Shown here in pieces: positions 17,580-20,000 of a stretch of 20,000 nucleotides of DNA. The stretch's first letter is position 1; each line of letters opens with the position of its first letter. Position numbers and translations under genes: made by a program. The stretch lies in the IMG/VR virus record IMGVR_UViG_3300042276_000285. One strand, 5' to 3'. The stretch is from an uncultured virus (IMG/VR IMGVR_UViG_3300042276_000285) (Duplodnaviria; Heunggongvirae; Uroviricota; Caudoviricetes). Below the pieces are notes generated by a model. The model saw only the letters and a list, made by a program, of their open reading frames with translations. It did not search any database and was not told the origin of the DNA.

Positions 17580-17993
17580 TTACTTCTTAATTTTCTTTGT
17601 CTTTCCAACGTTCAGCAACAGAAGTTCGTCTGCCTGTTCCCCATAGTTTGCTATCAAAAAGTTCTGACAGTTTTCGTTGAACTGCACCAGCCTTTGCAAG
17701 CTCATTCCGGCAATAGATTCAACCTCGTATTCTCCGTCCAAATCCCTGACAAGAGCAAACATTTTTTGAAGTTCTTCTTTTGCTTCGTTTTCTCCAAATC
17801 CGGAAAGTTCTGAAAACGTGGGAACGATGCACCTGTGAAAAAAACTGTTAGAGTTTAGCCATTTTTCATACTCGTCTGTTCCTTTGTGTGGCCTGTGAGA
17901 AACAGCCATCAAAACATATGGAAACGGAACTCCGTCCAAGTCCGTCTTTGCGTCGTATAAATCCTGCCTATGTCCTATGTGGTACTTTTTCAT
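17580..17993 (-). CDS. NinB/Orf-like recombination protein
   Basis: NSFFHRCIV..FSELSG..ENEAKEELQKMF...SIAGMS..LVQF resembles the NinB pattern. Start 17993 lies downstream of a promoter. Confidence 0.55.
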   Translation of the reverse strand: MKKYHIGHRQDLYDAKTDLDGVPFPYVLMAVSHRPHKGTDEYEKWLNSNSFFHRCIVPTFSELSGFGENEAKEELQKMFALVRDLDGEYEVESIAGMSLQRLVQFNENCQNFLIANYGEQADELLLLNVGKTKKIKK

Positions 17994-17997
17994 AAAA

Positions 17998-18579
17998 TTA
18001 TTCCGCAAAGATAGCACTTTGTTTCCAATAATCAAAGCGCATCGTCTCATTTGTGTTGTAAAACATATCTATTTTCATTCTCCAAAACCAAACCTCGTCC
18101 TGTCTATCATAATACACGTTTCTCATCACTGCTTCTCCATAGTCGTCTGTTTTAAGCTCTTTTGAGTACAATACAGACACTTTCAACTGCCTTCCGATAA
18201 AAGTATCGACTCCTTTGTAAACACGCCTGAAATAGCTGTTAAAATCCTCGTCGTGGCGTTGTTCTTTAAGCTCCTTACCAAACGCCGCACAAAGTTCTTT
18301 TGCTCTGTTGTAGTCAAATATAAATTCAGAATGCCGCACAAAGCTAATTTTTGTCTTTAATCCGTCTACAAACTCTGGTTTGCGTGTAAATACACATTCT
18401 ATGTAAGCTTTGTTGTTTTTATCGAGTTTATAGTACGCATTAGAAAGAGTGCATTCGTTTTCACCAATAAAAAACAACTTCCCCTTTGACTGCGTTCCGT
18501 TCTTGTTCGTGTATGTCCCTGTTTGTAATACGGACATCGCATACAACAAATCCCTGTGTTCTTGTTTTAAAAAGCTCAT
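17998..18579 (-). CDS. Hypothetical protein (possibly OB-fold)
   Basis: 193-aa ORF in the recombination module. Confidence 0.65.
   Translation of the reverse strand: MSFLKQEHRDLLYAMSVLQTGTYTNKNGTQSKGKLFFIGENECTLSNAYYKLDKNNKAYIECVFTRKPEFVDGLKTKISFVRHSEFIFDYNRAKELCAAFGKELKEQRHDEDFNSYFRRVYKGVDTFIGRQLKVSVLYSKELKTDDYGEAVMRNVYYDRQDEVWFWRMKIDMFYNTNETMRFDYWKQSAIFAE
18006..18036 (-). promoter_or_regulatory. Bacteroidota sigma-70 promoter
   Basis: TTTG-19 nt-TATCTTTG, 12 nt upstream of ATG 17993. Confidence 0.7.
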
Positions 18580-18593
18580 AATGGTTTAATAAG

Positions 18594-19367
18594 TTAAACA
18601 GCAACATCCAAAGGATTATACATTTTATTCATCCTTTCAGCAGGAATGTGATAGTAGTGTAATGTAGAGTTAAGACAATTGTGTCTTGCCATGTCTTTTG
18701 CAGCAAAAACGTTTTCATGCTCTATCAGATTGGTGAGATAAGTTCTTCTAAAATCGTGTGAAGAGTATTTTTTGTTTGAAACACGCGAAATTATATTACA
18801 AACACTCTCGGCAGAGTATTTAATTGAATTTTGTCCGTTGAACAAATACTCTATTGGCCTCCATTCTCTTAGATACTTTAGCATATATTTTTTTGTTGAA
18901 TTAATAAAAATACGATTATTAACCCAATCGATATCAGTTAATCTTATATTTATCATTTCAGACCTTCTTATTCCTGTAGAATATAATAAAATGAGTATAA
19001 GTTTATGTTTTGAATTTTTACATTTCTTCCCCATTGATACAAATTCGTCCCAACTAATGATGTCATAAAACCTGCGTTTAGTTTTAACCGGATGGAACCA
19101 ACTCATCTTTTGGGGTTGTTTTAATAAGTCATCATACAATATTTTAAGCGCAGACCCATTAACATTGTAATAACTATCTGAAAATTCATTGCGAATAAAT
19201 GCCATGTATCCCATTAAATCCTGTTTAGTTATCCTGTAAATACGACTGTATCTACTACAAAATATTTTAACACAAGACCAGTAAGAATTAATTGTCTGTT
19301 CTGAATTGATATTTGGTTTATTTCTCAAAACAGTGACATAGTTTTGTTTCAGTTCTGTCAAATCCAT
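18594..19367 (-). CDS. Tyrosine recombinase (N-terminal SAM-like domain plus catalytic domain)
   Basis: SEQTINSY N-domain; LLYSTGIRRSE (R), STK (K), HDFRR (HxxR), ARH (H) and TLHYYH (Y). Markedly AT-rich. Confidence 0.9.
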   Translation of the reverse strand: MDLTELKQNYVTVLRNKPNINSEQTINSYWSCVKIFCSRYSRIYRITKQDLMGYMAFIRNEFSDSYYNVNGSALKILYDDLLKQPQKMSWFHPVKTKRRFYDIISWDEFVSMGKKCKNSKHKLILILLYSTGIRRSEMINIRLTDIDWVNNRIFINSTKKYMLKYLREWRPIEYLFNGQNSIKYSAESVCNIISRVSNKKYSSHDFRRTYLTNLIEHENVFAAKDMARHNCLNSTLHYYHIPAERMNKMYNPLDVAV

Positions 19368-19385
19368 TTTTATCTGATTGAAAAT

Positions 19386-19431
19386 TAATTGGTTAAACTA
19401 ATTGGTTTTAATAATAGTTATGCCCAATTAA
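19386..19431 (+). other. attI-like recombination site
   Basis: Direct repeat TAATTGGTT (19386-19394, 19399-19407) followed by core G|TTATGCCCAATTAA (19417-19431), just upstream of the recombinase start. Confidence 0.55.
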
Positions 19432-19787
19432 GCGAAAGCAAGTTTAACAAGCCTCATTTCTTGGCTTTGGTAAGTTTCTCCACCTTCAATTTTGGCTATC
19501 ATTTCTGCACAATATCCACCATCAGTCCATCTACTATTATCTTCTTCAAAGTGTACCTCTGTATAATCTTTGTAGGTGTATTCTCCGCCTTTGTACCCAT
19601 AGAAAGTACCCGTGTAGGCTTTTTTTATATTCGCCAAAATTTCTTCTCTTGTCATTGGCTGTTCAAGTATTTCAAAAGCTACTTCATCATAGCTACCACG
19701 CCAAGAAAAAGGTTCGCTAATTCCATAATCAAAAGTTTTACCAGCTTCGGCTTGTTCAATCTGTTGTTTAAATTCTTTTAGTTCCAT
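19428..19787 (-). CDS. Phage hypothetical protein (cassette 1 ORF)
   Basis: PFSWRGSYDEVAFE...TFYGYKGGEY, a pattern I recognise from small phage proteins; flanked by inverted core sites. Confidence 0.75.
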   Translation of the reverse strand: MELKEFKQQIEQAEAGKTFDYGISEPFSWRGSYDEVAFEILEQPMTREEILANIKKAYTGTFYGYKGGEYTYKDYTEVHFEEDNSRWTDGGYCAEMIAKIEGGETYQSQEMRLVKLAFA

Positions 19788-19812
19788 TTTATTAAATTTT
19801 GTTGTTTATAAA

Positions 19813-19883
19813 TTAACTGGGCATAACATCGTATATCCCCCATATTCGTACCTCATACGGTGCATATACACACCGTTAGCGGT
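19813..19883. repeat. attC-like imperfect palindrome
   Basis: GGGCATAAC-ATC-GTATAT-CCC-CCATAT-loop-ATACGG-TGC-ATATAC-ACACC-GTTAGCGG; AAC...GTT core ends, about 61 bp core to core. Confidence 0.7.
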
Positions 19884-20000
19884 AATGCGAACCAAACACA
19901 TCATCCACCGCTATGTTATAATATTCCTTTTCCTTTTCAATCCCAATAAATCTTCTGTTCAAATCCTTAGCACCTAAACAAGTTGTCCCACTACCCATTG
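19876..20000 (-). CDS. N4/N6 DNA methyltransferase, C-terminal fragment (cassette 2 ORF; not in ORF track)
   Basis: Translates MGSGTTCLGAKDLNRRFIGIEKEKEYYNIAVDDVFGSHYR*, the SAM-binding motif I region of beta-class MTases. The TAA stop lies inside CGCTAAC. Confidence 0.85.
   Translation of the reverse strand, partial: MGSGTTCLGAKDLNRRFIGIEKEKEYYNIAVDDVFGSHYR

Noticed and set aside
19389..19781. + strand 130-aa ORF as the 'correctly oriented' cassette gene
   Set aside because: It is the antisense shadow of the - strand ORF, which has a recognisable motif pattern and a proper A-rich leader.
19417..19827. Invertible segment (inverton) flanked by 15-bp inverted repeats next to a recombinase
   Set aside because: Not excluded, but less favoured. 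The adjoining hairpin, the second distinct GTT core and the methylase stop inside that core fit the cassette model better.
1..20000. Stop-codon reassignment as in some crAss-like phages
   Set aside because: Genes tile densely and are intact under the standard code; no suppressor tRNA is evident.

Overview
This window is a segment of a tailed dsDNA phage (or prophage) of a Bacteroidota host. Host support: TTTG-N19-TAnnTTTG promoters and Bacteroidota-style signal peptides. The + strand arm (1-8190) is a late module: fibre/adhesin-like proteins, an AT-rich SGNH esterase, a GH73 endolysin, a circularly permuted Fib_succ_major (FISUMP) domain protein and holin-like membrane proteins. It converges at a bidirectional terminator (~8190) with a - strand early/middle arm: PemK-like and permuted NlpC/P60 genes, tRNA-like RNAs, a phosphoesterase, a HAD-guanylate kinase fusion, two AP2 proteins, a RuvC-like resolvase, a PD-(D/E)XK nuclease, and SSB-like and NinB-like genes. 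The standout is at the right end: a SAM-4-type tyrosine recombinase without the IntI-specific insertion, an attI-like site, a gene cassette bounded by 14/15-bp inverted core sites, an attC-like hairpin, and a second cassette (DNA methylase) whose stop codon lies in the core site. Together these suggest a phage-borne integron-like cassette array with ORFs pointing towards the recombinase. All product calls come from motif recognition, not database searches.
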